Shown here: piece after piece, positions 13,538 through 25,987 of the stretch | Position numbering within the stretch: the stretch's first letter is position 1 | How the letters are laid out: each line of letters opens with the position of its first letter | Assembly: GCA_964057225.1 (NCBI GenBank) | Contig: OZ059900.1 | Location: 5,580,001 to 5,644,000 of the forward strand | DNA: 64,000 bases | Direction: 5' to 3' | Source: Auanema rhodensis | Taxonomy: Eukaryota; Animalia; Nematoda | Made by a program: the position numbers and the translations under genes | The notes under the pieces: model-generated | The model's database searches: none | Seen by the model: the letters and a program-made list of their open reading frames with translations, nothing else | What the model was told of the DNA's origin: nothing

Positions 13538-16500
13538 ATGGAATTACGTGAATTATTGACTTCCTATGATGAGAACTTGACAGATAGCCGGTTAGTGCTA
13601 TACCTTTTTTATTGAGCCAAGCCATAAAATAATATTATGAAAGACACATGTTTTAATAATATCAATTTTCTTATATTATAGAGTACAGAGGCTTTTTGAA
13701 TCTCGACATTTTCACTATCCCTATATCGAATTAGGTGAAATTGAAATTCATATTAATCCGTTCCGAGCTGGTGACGGTGATATAACAATTAATCTAATTA
13801 TTAATAGCAACGGTTTCACATGGTACAAACTTTAACATACATTAGTATATATAAGCTATAATAAATATTCCAGGACAACTTCAAGGTCATTAGAGGAATT
13901 TATAAAATTTGACACGTTATTACATCGATGCGTGTTTGAACGGCGTTTCTCTAAGCTTGAAGAAATTATTTATAACCAAACTATACCAATAATACAATTA
14001 GAGGTTAGAATTTCGTCGAAAGCCAAGTTTTATTTCGTTTAGACACAATTCTCTCACTATGCCACTCGTCTAACTCAGTTGCTTCAAAGTCAACCAATAA
14101 CATGCAATTCTTTACTAGAATTTTTTGAAGTGGGTCAGCAAGATTAGTTTCGAAAATTCATTTTGTTACAGATGGATTATAGAGGAAAACATTTCAAATC
14201 TATAGATGAACAAACTATTAACTGTCCAGCGGTTGCGGCAGCTATTGTTACCAAAGCATATATTCCAAAAAAACGAAATCATTTGACATTAAAAGTCGGA
14301 TATACCTTTTCTCTTTAATCTCAAAGTTGAACTTTAGATTGGAGATATGATCGCCATATGTGAAATGACTTCACCAAATCAAGATGAAACAACTCTATGG
14401 AGAGGAAAGTTAACAATTTCCGTTCAGCCAGAAATGGGTTATACAACAAAATTAATAGATTTAGATGTTCTTTCTATTTTCTTATACTAAATAATAATTT
14501 ATTATGCAGGTTGGATACTTCCCAAGTGGATGTGTAAGGCTTATTGATAAGAACCGAATTAATGCTTTTGCAATCAATGTGAAAGTAAGTACATATAATT
14601 TTATGTTTCAAATTAGTTCGCACGATTTCAGCGCTATGGTTTACGTAGACCTTTCTATAGAAGATCTAGAACAAATGTTCTTCGTGATGTTATAAGAAAA
14701 CGTGATCCAATCTTTGGTACAGATTTAACAGAGCATTTGAAGAAATCAGATCGCGAAAGTGCAAAAAACAAGCATTTTAAATTCAATATATAACTTGTTC
14801 AGTTCCCTTGATACTAGAGCAATGCACCGGGGCGATTGAAAAGCTTGGATTGGTTACGGGTATATATAGGCAATGTGGGGTGCAATCTAACATCAAAAGA
14901 TTAAGGTTCGAAAAAAAGGTAATGAAGTACATTTTATGTTTAGAAGCAAATATGACAGTGGCGATAATCCTGATCTCTTGGAATTTGGCAGCAAAGACAT
15001 ATATTCAGTGTCTTCACTACTAAAACAATATTTTCGACAACTGCCCATCCCTTTATTTACAAATAAATTTTGTCAGACCATATCGGTGAAAACAATATTA
15101 GTCCTGCTGATTTTAATTTTGAGCTTTACAGAAACAATTCGATGGAAGCATAAAAAATATAACTGAAGATGAGATGAAGCAAGCTTTGCAACTTTTGCCA
15201 TCAACTCATTATGCGTTTGTGTCCAGTAATTTATATTTATATTTATACTAAATTTTTAAGAACAGCTCGATTTTTGATGATTCATTTAAACAAATTGTTG
15301 GAATATTCTTCTCTGACTGATATGACAGTAAAAGCTTTAGCGATTGTCTGGGCTCCCAATCTTTACAGGTATACCCACCGTATCTCTAAGAATATCTGCA
15401 AAATATTTTGTTTTTAGGACTTCGAGCGACCAAGAAACTGATATTCTTAATTCTCTTAGTGCACATACTAATATGTGCAGCTATTTGATTTGGAATGCCA
15501 AGTCAGTATTCTTAAATGATTTTCGGGATTCTTTCATATGTAAGTTTTGATTTAATTTAATTTTTTCATATTATTTTTAGTTAGCAATGATCATCAACTT
15601 CCTGAAGTATCAAAAGAAGCTTCATTCGGAACATTTAGAATTTCAAAAGTTTTAGCTCTAAAGTAAGCTTATAATGTTTAATTTAAATAAACTATTATTG
15701 CTTAATGCACTTGGTTGCCAAATACATTATTTTTAACAATAGAATTGTTGACTGTGTACAACAGCAATGTGATACTAATTATAGGAACAAGTCGGATGTT
15801 GTTGCCTGTTGGAAAGATCAGAACATATATGAGACTAACAAAGATCTAAGGTAAGCATGAACATATTAACTTGATTAAAACTTATACGCGATATCAAAGT
15901 TTTTGTTTACAATTTTCTTTAGATCTGCTAAAAAAAGTGACTCATTACGTTTATTAATTCTGAAAAGTGTTGATGATCTTCGGGAACGTCTAAATCTGTT
16001 AAGTTTTAAAGATATCACTTTTCGACATAGGCTGAAATATCGGCTTGAAAATAGAGATGAATTACCTACCGTATGTTTTATATGTTCTAAGCTTGAAGTA
16101 TTGAAAATTTATAATTTATAGCAGCATTCACGCTTAGAACCTATAGCTGAAGTTTCTACGACAGAGTTAGAATCATCTGCGAATGAAGTTCCTATAGTCT
16201 CCAATCACATCAACTATGTTCAAAAAGGAGAAGAAAATAATGTGTTTTCAACTAATTGCTATGTGTTTGAAACATCATCTGATTCAATTGATACTGACAG
16301 AAAGAATGTATCATTTTCTACAGTTGCTTCAAAAAAAGAGAAGCGTATTACATTTAAAAGTCCACAAGATTGTAAGCTGATATGAGTTATTTTTTCTTAA
16401 TTTCACCTCATTTTCTCAGGTTATGATCGCGCTCCACGTTGGACCGAGAGTTATGTCGTCGAATCTGAAACCGATAGCGAATCGGAGGATAGGGATAGCC

Positions 16501-16571
16501 CAACATTAGAAATGAGTCGTTATGATAACGTTGATTTGGTGGTTTCTCGTAAATCTTTGCGCAGATTTTAG
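13538..16571 (+). CDS. rrc-1: RhoGAP with N-terminal PX-like and SH3 domains (ARHGAP32/33 family; C. elegans RRC-1 type)
   Basis: Spliced translation: SRHFHYPYIELG, RSLEEFIKFDTLLHRCVFERRFSKL (PX-like); PAVAAAIVTKAY...IGDMIAI...LWRGKL...VGYFPSGCVRLI (SH3); IFGTDLTEHL...GIYRQCG (Arg finger)...SLLKQYFRQLPIPLF...MTVKALAIVWAPNL (RhoGAP); C-terminal EMSRYDNV; stop TAG 16569-16571. Confidence 0.88.
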
Positions 16572-17233
16572 TAAAAAATGCTGAAAATCTACATTCTCAG
16601 GTTTTAAACATGCACGTGTTATTTTACATGAAATAGATGTTATTTTTGTTGGTCTACCGATGCTGAACATGTTGTTTTCTATGCGTATTAAGATTGTTAT
16701 TCTAATCTTTACTGTTTTACTGATAAAATATTTACATAATTGTACAAATTAATTTTACTTTCACTAATCTCGTCTATTTCTCTTTTATAGAAAGGTGATC
16801 AGATATAATGAGATAGTATTCATTAAAAAATCATGAAAACATATGTAATGATGCGGTAAAATATATATTTGTTATATATATATATATACGTATATGGGTA
16901 GATCTCTGAAGGAATGTCGTTGTTTTAATTTTTCTTAAAATTAATTTGAAAGGTGTACATGAAACACAGAAAAAATAACCGCCATCTAGGCATATACACT
17001 TGAGTTAAAATCAATATCAGATTGAGAATGTGAGGTGATGAGAAAGATCAATAAAAGAAAAGAAACATTTTTAACAATATTTTAAAAGAATTGTAAAATA
17101 GATTATCATAAGCTCAAATACAGAAAATGTATAAATGTGTATGTGGGTTTGAGTGAATGATATCAAAATGAATCTCATATAATCTCCAGACTTGAAAAAA
17201 AGATTGCTTTAAGTACTCATGGAATTGAATGCA

Positions 17234-18796
17234 TTAGGCTCTTGGATCATCCTGTAACTGAACAGTTAGGCTAGCATAGCTTCCAAGCAAATTGAGAGTA
17301 TCTTGATCAGCTTTCTGATGTCTAGAAGTTAGAGAAATTAAATAAAATAACGGAATAAAGATAAATTACTGCAAATAAAACTTCTTTGTCATTAGTTCTT
17401 CATATGTTGGTCTCTGGACAACTTCTTTCGATAAACTAGAAAATATTATTTCATTTTTTAGCAAAAACAGTATGTTATTCACCAAGCATTTACAAAGATG
17501 CAAAAATCATACGAAAAATTCTCCCCTGGGGTAAGCAGAGGTGCATCTCCCTTGACAACCTGAGAATAATTTCAAATTAACATTTTTCAACAGAACACCT
17601 ACGATTTCAATTTGTTCGAAGGGAGTACCCCAATCTTTATAAGGAAATCGTCCAGTTGCAATTTCGCACTAAATTCACTGATTTATGTTTAAAAAATCTC
17701 AGAATACCGCTGTAATCCCTAAGGACCAAACATCCGAACGAACACCATAGCCATCTCCACCACTCAATTTTTCAATTCGTTCCGGCTGAAATACAAAAAT
17801 GTCATACTTAAAAATTATGTGAGTTAGTTTGTTATAAGAAAACAATCATGTTCAACATTTGATTACAAACCGATAAATATGGTTGGCATCCAACATCATG
17901 AGTTTTAACAATTGAATTCTGCAATTCACCACAAATGCCGAAATCGCACAGTTTCACATCTCCAAATCGGCTAATGAGTACATTCGATGGTTTCACATCT
18001 GAAACAAAGATAACGATAAAAATATTATTCTATTGATGAAAGTTATGATTTAATACCTCTATGCATTATCTTTAATTCACTTTTCAAATATTGGAGAGCA
18101 TCAACCATCTGAAACAAATATTATTTTTATATGTATTTATGATGTTACCGAGACAACAATATGCCCAATGATTTTCTCACAGAGACGTTCATGCTTCTTG
18201 TAAACAATGCGATACAAACGATCAAGTGAAACAGTCATCAGTTCCATGCATATCCAGCAATCTCCCTAATATATTTAATAACTAACAAATTTCAAAAAAT
18301 AAAATTTGAATTTCTACTTCGTGAAAAATGACTCCGTAAAATTGGACAATATTTGGAGAAGAGCATTTGTTAATAGTTTCTTGCTCTCGTATTAACTGTC
18401 GCTGATCAGCACGAGTAATATTTTGATAACGAATGCGCTGAATAGGAAAATAGTCTTAATCACTATGTGAATATTTTGTATGCTGTATACCTTGACAGCC
18501 ATTTCTACTCCAGTATCTACATGTTTCATTTTAAAAACAGTTCCGAAATTTCCACTGCCTATTGTACCCAAGTCAGTTAAAGATTTAGCAGAAAACTTCA
18601 TTTCTTTGTGCCCTGGAAGCTTCATTGTGCCGGTGGAAACAGTAGCTCTTAATTTTAATAAATTATTAACGATTACGTGAACACAATTTAAGTAGAAATG
18701 TAGTGAAGAAACCAACATGTATTCCGGATCCTCTTCGACCGTTTGTCTGGGTATAATAATTGGCAACATTGGAGTTAGCGAATCTGGTCTTTGCAT
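17234..18796 (-). CDS. Dual-specificity MAP kinase kinase, MKK4/SEK-like (stress MAP2K)
   Basis: [92 protein letters not shown]; about 10 short introns; stop TAA 17234-17236. The paralog (mkk-4 or a sek gene) cannot be assigned by eye. Confidence 0.92.
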
Positions 18797-20761
18797 ACTA
18801 TTTCAGCAGAGCAGATCGGTCGTTATTACCTTAAAATTATTTGGTTAGAACAAACGACACAATCAATTTTTAAACATGAACTATATAAAAACTGAAAAGT
18901 GTTAAATAACTGTTTTTTTTTCAGAAGAAAATAATTTAGAAAAAGGAATTAATATAAAAAATGATGAGAAAAATATCATCTTGCTGTGAATAGAATAGCA
19001 ATAAAAGAACGAAAACACAAAGATGAAAGAAGTTTTCTTAGAATATTCATAGCTAAACGTTAAGCCGGATGTTTGTATAAACTAAGCAGATTAAACCAAA
19101 TTTAGAATGGTAACTAAGCAGCCAATGAAAATCAATAACACGCTAGTCGCGGCTCCTTGCCTGATTACTTCACTGAGTATATAATGCATTTGGTTTCATT
19201 TAATAAGTATTTCAAGTAATCATGGTAACATTCATGAAAAATGTTCTAAAATTTCACGAAAAAGTAAAAAAAATTAAAATGGGTAATAATTAGCACCAAT
19301 TAAACGGCATCATGTCAAGAGTGTATTTTTTGTAAACGGCGTACACGCTGCGTACTTTACACATAACTATTGATTGTATGAAAGATCATTCAAAAAAATT
19401 TCTTAAAGACAACGAAAATAATAAAAGCAGCAAACTATAGAATTCTCATTATACTTTAATTTTATCTGATAATGAGAAATTTAACAATTGTATAATGAAG
19501 CTAAGTATAAAGTGAGTTAATAATATACTGCTTATCCAATATTCTTGAATGCTTCAAATATTTAACAAATAGTTTGTCACGTGTAACTCTAATTTGTATT
19601 TATTTGATAATAATTGTTTATAGTTTGCGGTTTTAATTTTTATAACTGCAAAATAAACGAAGATAAAGAAAGAAACATTATATTCGATTGATAACTCCTC
19701 ATATCTTGAAAGTGATTCAGCATTACAGAGAAAAATATATACGTTTTCTTTGCTGTTTTTGACTCGATAACGATTATAACAAAGATGGAAAATACAGAAA
19801 AATAAAGGCTACATTTCTTTCTCTTTCTTGTCAAACCTATCAAAATTATCTTTCATAATCAGATTTTCTATAATTAAAAGTTTATCGTATATGATCAAGT
19901 GAATGATTCATAAGTAGTTGATTCATGAATATGCTCATTACGATAAAGTTTAGTCACAAATCCTTCATTTCTCATAAGCAGCTTTTAAGAAAAAACTATG
20001 TAGGGTATTAATCCAACTGAGCGTATAGTAAGCATACTCTGTGCACATATTACTTGTTGTCAAGGGTGATAATCGTTTTATTTGGATTATTTCTATTTTT
20101 ATTATTTAATGCTCATAGAATGGTTTCTGAAAACTACATTATGATAAAATAAACTGAGAATAGTAAAGTTATTCATAAGTTCAAAAATCAAACTACAGTT
20201 ATGTATGATGACAATTTTGACTTGATTATACAAGATTACTTCTTTGAGCTTGTCTTGGCATGAGCAAAAGTTGCTATTAAAAGATTTATATTCGCGTATT
20301 CTCACGTAGCATCTTTTTATGTACCGAATTTTAGAATATTACCGTATTACAAATAAAATATTATAATATTTATCATGCATATAAGTTTGAGTTATGAGAA
20401 GAATCTTTTTGAAAGTTGTTAAATTTGATTTTTTCAAGACGCATTAGACATAAATTATAAGAAAAAATTGAATAACTTATAGAAAACAATCAATTTTATT
20501 TTTTTTAACGGAAAAAACAACTATAAAACGGAGATATCAAATGAACTAAATTTTTAAAAAGTTACAATAAAGTAAAATGGCGTAAGGCTTAGGCAATAGG
20601 TATCTTCATACAGCGCTTTTATCTACAGCAAAATTTTCATCAGATATTTACAGAAATATATAGATATAAAGATGTACGTATATTTTAATACAAACGTCTT
20701 TAAATTAAAATATTGAAAGCCAAAAATTGAAAATTTGTGAATATTATAAACATATTGAGAT

Positions 20762-22710
20762 TTACAAATCATCAAAATCCTCCATTGTCAAAGATTCGAT
20801 AAGAGGAGGAGCGGGATGAATTAGTTCGCTGAGACTAAAGTCTTCAAAATCATCTTCCAGTGCTTCATTTTTATTGGATCTTGATACAACCGGCTGAAAA
20901 TGGAATCACTATAAGTCAGTTATCTTACTCACTCTACATACTTCTTGTAAGTTATTTTTCAGAAATTGCTTTTTCTTACTGCGACAAGTAAAGAAATCAA
21001 GATCTTCTTCTTCACCTAATGAATCATCATCCGTAGATTGGCGATAATACTTCTCTTCTCCATTCACAGCTCGTTCAAAGCTTTTTAAATAAGAAGAAGG
21101 TTTGTTAATACTCAATTCCTCTTTTTCATTATTCATATTAGTTCTACAAGAAGAAATAAAGAACTGTTAAGTAAGCTAAGCTTACGTTCCAGAAGAACTA
21201 GAATTCATGACTGGAGTGAGGACCACTTTTTTGCCTAAATGTCGTCGTTTCTTCATTATTGACTTTTTTTCCATTCTTTCGTCCGGTTCAGAATCTTCAT
21301 CTGCTGTTGTAGAAATTCCATCTGAAATCGATCACATGCAATATGTGAAACTTGTCTTATCATGTAATGAAGGACTCAAAAAAACTGACCAACATATAAA
21401 CGACGGCATTCAGCCTTCTGTCGAGGACCAATAAGAGATTTGGCACGAACATACGCCTGTTGGATTGCTGGCCTTGTTCCAAACAAGCATTTCGCTAAAA
21501 AATCCAATCTTTCTTGTTCGAATCCATTCTGAACAAGAACAAGGATTAATCAGCACGTCTTTGTTTCATACATCATTATCTAAGTAAGCAGATGATTCTT
21601 GAAGTGTCAAAGATTTCATATCTAGCTCAATAAGGGCATTGGTTATACGATGAGATATTATATCAGCCGGTGCGTCAATACTAGCTAACTCAGTCACTGT
21701 CTTAAAAAATGCATAGTTGTTTATCTCAAATTAACCAGAGTGAAAAAAACCTTATAATCTCTTTGACAAAGCCAAGTGTGAACCATGAGACATTTTCCAT
21801 ATTTTCTGTGAGATGTCCCATTAACAAAAGTCTAAAATTACATCTCACTCCAGTATCAATCTTTTTTATACTAACATTGTCGCAATTTTTATTAAAATAA
21901 TCTCGTATAGCAAAACTTAATAAATCAGGTCTCTGCTTAGCAATATATGCTAAACTTTCTGGAATACTTACAGGAACACGATGCATTCCAAAATTATCAC
22001 TGATTGCAAGAAATATTCTCTATAGAATGTTAAAATGAAGGAAATGTATTAATTTTAAAAACTAACCCTTTGCACTGCTTCAGTAATTAAAACATTTCTC
22101 GTTTTACTTCCATAAAGCCTTATAATTTTTTCAGGAGTGAGAGTTTGGAATTGCTGAGATATTTCGGGTGTTAATAAATGAAGAACACCCCCACATCCGT
22201 AAAGCTGTAAATAATCATTAACAGTATTCAATTACATTATAGCTGAAATGATACATTAGTAGTAAACTGATAAGGTTCTACACACCAAGTAGGTATGACC
22301 TCATTATTCAAACATTCTTTATAAAATGGATTTTTTTCATGATTTTCAGTGGCGATACTATAAAAAATCTTATTAACGAGCTTAATTTGATAACGAATCT
22401 GTTTACCTGAAAACAAGTTCATCAAACTCTTTCGATAACTTGAATAAAACGTCCAGCACTTTATATAAGTCATTTTCTTGGCAGTCCAATAAAATTTGTC
22501 CTCGAAGAGGATTTTCACCTAATGCTGTAAATATATTTGAGTAAAGTAAATAAACATGCTGGTTATTAGTTTACATTCAAAATGCAGATTCTCCTCAGCA
22601 TTATCGCTCTCAAATATGAAATCTTTGATTTCTGTTAGCAAGAAGTCAATAAACTGCTGGTGACTTGTTTTATGTCCACGATGAATTACATAATATAAAA
22701 AAGAACTCAT
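20762..22710 (-). CDS. Divergent ecdysoneless (Ecd/SGT1) family protein
   Basis: EVIPTWCVEPYQFTTN.LYGCGGVLHLL and MHRVPVSIPESLAYIAKQRPDLLSFAIRDY resemble the Ecd LPxWLxPxxxxNRV..G.L and HRAxxxLPxxIAxVLKQRPxLVxxAV blocks; acidic tail; TTTCAG acceptor about 30 nt upstream of the ATG; stop TAA 20762-20764. Confidence 0.6.
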
Positions 22711-22794
22711 AATATATAAAGTCGTTCCGAAAAACCACGGCTGAAAGTTTTCACTAGTACGAGTAGTTTAGAAAAACAAATATTGGATAATAGA

Positions 22795-22802
22795 GCGGGA
22801 AA
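22795..22802 (-). promoter_or_regulatory. E2F-like site TTTCCCGC upstream of the Ecd-like gene
   Basis: Exact TTTSSCGC match about 50 nt upstream of the TTTCAG acceptor (22741-22746). Confidence 0.3.
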
Positions 22803-23118
22803 GCACCAATAATTATTTCTGGATTTGTTGCGGTCCTGAAACGATTAAACGGTCCTTTAAATGAGTCGCTATGCTGTAATGTGAGAAGAGAAAACACCAG
22901 CATAAATATTCTGATCTATCTTACATTGTAATCATATAGTCGATGTTATAAAAACATTTAATGAGTAAACCTTATAACTATTAAATTTGTGACAACTGAA
23001 TTACATATTCTTTTATTATATAACTCAATGAACAATTATTATTCTTATTATAAAAAATTCTTATTAGTAAAACTTTGTGATTAATCATGTTATATACATA
23101 TTATTGTACATTGGTTTC

Positions 23119-25987
23119 TTATCCCTTAGCAACTGGGCAACATATTCTATATGTGCTATCTTTAGATAAGAAGCAATCAGTTCCTTCTGGACAACGTTTC
23201 GGAAGCCATATATCAAATTCTCCTCCACAAGCTAAAACCATATTTCGATCGTCCCGCAATGCTACATCTTTAGTGCAGAAAGTCAAATCTATATCTTTCA
23301 AATATAAATCAAAACTTATAGTTTTCTTACATTTTTCTTTGACAACTATCTTCTTTTTGAGCGTATGATAGAATTGAGCTGCGTTATAAGGCTCAGTGGT
23401 AGTCCTTTGGCGAAAAATTTGCAAAGAAGCCCTCGTGACGTTTTGTTCTTCTAATGGCTTTTCGGTTGTTACTGGATCTGAAGTCTGTGCTGCTGGGAGG
23501 TTTGTAGAAGAAGTTGTAGCTTCTGTGAAAGGTGTCATTTTCAATTCGGTATCTGCGGTTTCAGTTTCATGCTGTTTTACACTGTTAGAATTTGATGAAG
23601 ATGTTTTCATCTCTGGCAAGAGAGATTCCTGAATTTTTTTATATCTTTTTGTTGTTGTATACTTTTATCACCTCGTTGAGATCAATGGGCAAAGTTTTTG
23701 CATATAAGAGATCTTCTAAAGTTGGACCGGAACCAATAGTGCTATCAATGTTAATATTTCCCAAACGTTCCATTTTATAGTCAAAAGGACTTCCTCCGGT
23801 CTCTTCATCAATAAAACGAGCATTGTCTACTGGTTCGGCATCAGAGTTGCTTGATTCAATGCGTGATTTCACAAAATCTGAACGACTGAAACAAAAAATA
23901 ATACGTTTCTAATATTAACAATATAGTTATTACTCTGATAATACAGTACGATCTTGCCAAACAGTAGCTAGAGGAACATCTGTATTAGGCACCATTGATG
24001 TACTGACTTCAGGAGTATGTGCTCGAGTAGCTTTTCTACGAATTACACGAATCTGTAAATGTATTGACTCAGTACTCATTGTGTGAGAGTTGTTTCAAAC
24101 TTTTTTTGTTGGAACTTGTTGTTCAGCAAATTCAGCGTCATCGTTTTCATCTTCTTCATTTGACCACAACGTCTGAATTGAAAAGAAATTTAACGGAAAA
24201 TTTAAATTATTTTACAATGTATGGACGAACAGGTGCACGACGACGGGCATTTGAGTTAATTGGATGAAGAAATATAAATTCTGAAGAATCCAGTTTTTGT
24301 TTCTGAATTTATTAAATTATTCTAATTTATTTTTGAAATAGGCACTTTTGTCTTAGAGAATACAATTTTCTTATTACTTGAGTTCTTTTTAGTTTGAACC
24401 AGGGAAGGAAAGTCATCATTATTGAAAGTGACTTTGGAAATTTCACTTGAATCTGAAATATTTCTATAAAAACTCAAATTAAACTATTGAAAGCATACTG
24501 ATAGTAAGATCTTCTTCAGATTGTTTTGTTCGTTCTGTTGTAGTTCTAGGAGTCGTTGATCTGCAACTTTTTATAATCACTAAGCACTAGAAATCATTTT
24601 ACATTGGAGAAGTTGTAGTTTGAACTGGAGGTTGAGTTGTTGTAGTTGTTGTAGTTGTTGTTGAAGTTGTAGGTGTTTTTGTTGTAGAAGCAGTGGTGGT
24701 TGTCGAACTGAATTTCACAGTTGTTGTGGGTTTTGCTGTTGTAGTTGTGATTGCAGCTGTAGCAGTAGATGTGGAACGAGGGGTGATAGTTGTTGTAACT
24801 GATGTCGTAGATGTAGTTGTGGTAGAAGTAACAGCTTCAGTTGTAGTTGAAGGTAAGATTGTTGAGGTGATTACGGTTTTTTTTGCTAAAGTTGGCAACG
24901 AACTGATAATTGACCCATTGATTGGTTTTAATTTTTTTTTGTCATTTCCATATGAAAGTTTAGTTTCATTTTTTTGGCGATTGTTAGTCAAAGATGACAT
25001 TTCAGCGTTTCCTCCTACTTGCGTCATAATATTACTAACAAGAGGGGCTGATCTGAAATATGAAATTGATTACTGGTGTATCGACAAGCTTGTAGAATAC
25101 TTTTGCTTTTTTTGACTTTTCTTGGTTTCAGCTGTTTTAACATCTATCATGATATCTTCTGAAAATCATTATTGAACTAAAAATGTAAGTTTGGAACACA
25201 CCATACGAGCGTGGAGCTAAATCGCAAAACCTCACAACAAATGACTCTTCTTCTATGCGTATAGCATTAATAATCTGATTATCATGCCTAAAACAGAAGT
25301 TAAACTACGATGATAAGATTAGCTTACTCAATAATTGTTCTAGTAGGATTAATAGGTTTCATGAAATTAAATTCTTCACAATTAAACTCAATGCGACTTC
25401 TTAGACGACAACACATAATTTGAATTCTGAAGAAAAATAATATAACAAACGTAATTAAAGTATGATTTTCACCTAGTGTCAGTTAAACGAGCTATTCCGG
25501 CAACATATTCTCGATTTGTACAAGAGTATTCATTTACGCCGCTTAAAATTGGATCAAACATTGGCGAATAGTAACAGTCTTCTTTTTCGATTTCTCGTAT
25601 ACCTTCCGGCATGTTTACCCAAGGATAGAGCTGAAACCATCACAGTATTGACCATTTTTTTAAACTTGTATACTTCTTGCGCATTTTCACAGCTCATTTC
25701 GAAAACCACATCTTGGCGTTTACCGCCAGCTGATTGAACCATAGACACAGCTAGTTCGACTGCAGCACTCTGAAAAAAGTACTATATAAATTATCCTGAT
25801 GAAAATTTTTAAAATTTTTCTTTTTTTTTATACTAGCATTTGTAAATTTTTGAAAAAAAAAAACAAAACTAACTCTTTTTGTACATTCAATTCGAAAATT
25901 ATCAAATGGCGAAGAGACAAAAACATTACGACCAGCTTCGCAACTTAATATAGTAATCAGAATAGAAGCTAAACTTAGTCGCCTCAT
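23119..25987 (-). CDS. Secreted mucin-like extracellular-matrix protein: signal peptide, Cys-rich N-terminal domain, Thr-rich stalk, C-terminal Lustrin-like Cys domain
   Basis: MRRLSLASILITILSCEAG signal peptide; YSCTNREYVAGIARLTDTRIQIMCCRL...FNCEEF...VRFCDL; long poly-Thr exon (24600-25050); C-terminus FCTKD...ACGGEFDIWLPKRCPEGTDCFLSKDSTYRICCPVAKG*. Confidence 0.85.

Noticed and set aside
20583-20594. TAAGGCTTAGGC, resembling nematode telomere repeats or a telomerase RNA template on the - strand
   Set aside because: Under two repeats, in an AT-rich 3' UTR, with no pseudoknot or H/ACA context; compatible with chance
22746-23119. Possible operon linking the mucin and Ecd-like genes
   Set aside because: About 250 nt from poly(A) signal to acceptor, with its own promoter-like motif; cannot be supported without SL2 data
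24693-25115. 140-aa Val-rich ORF on +
   Set aside because: Antisense shadow of the poly-Thr mucin exon
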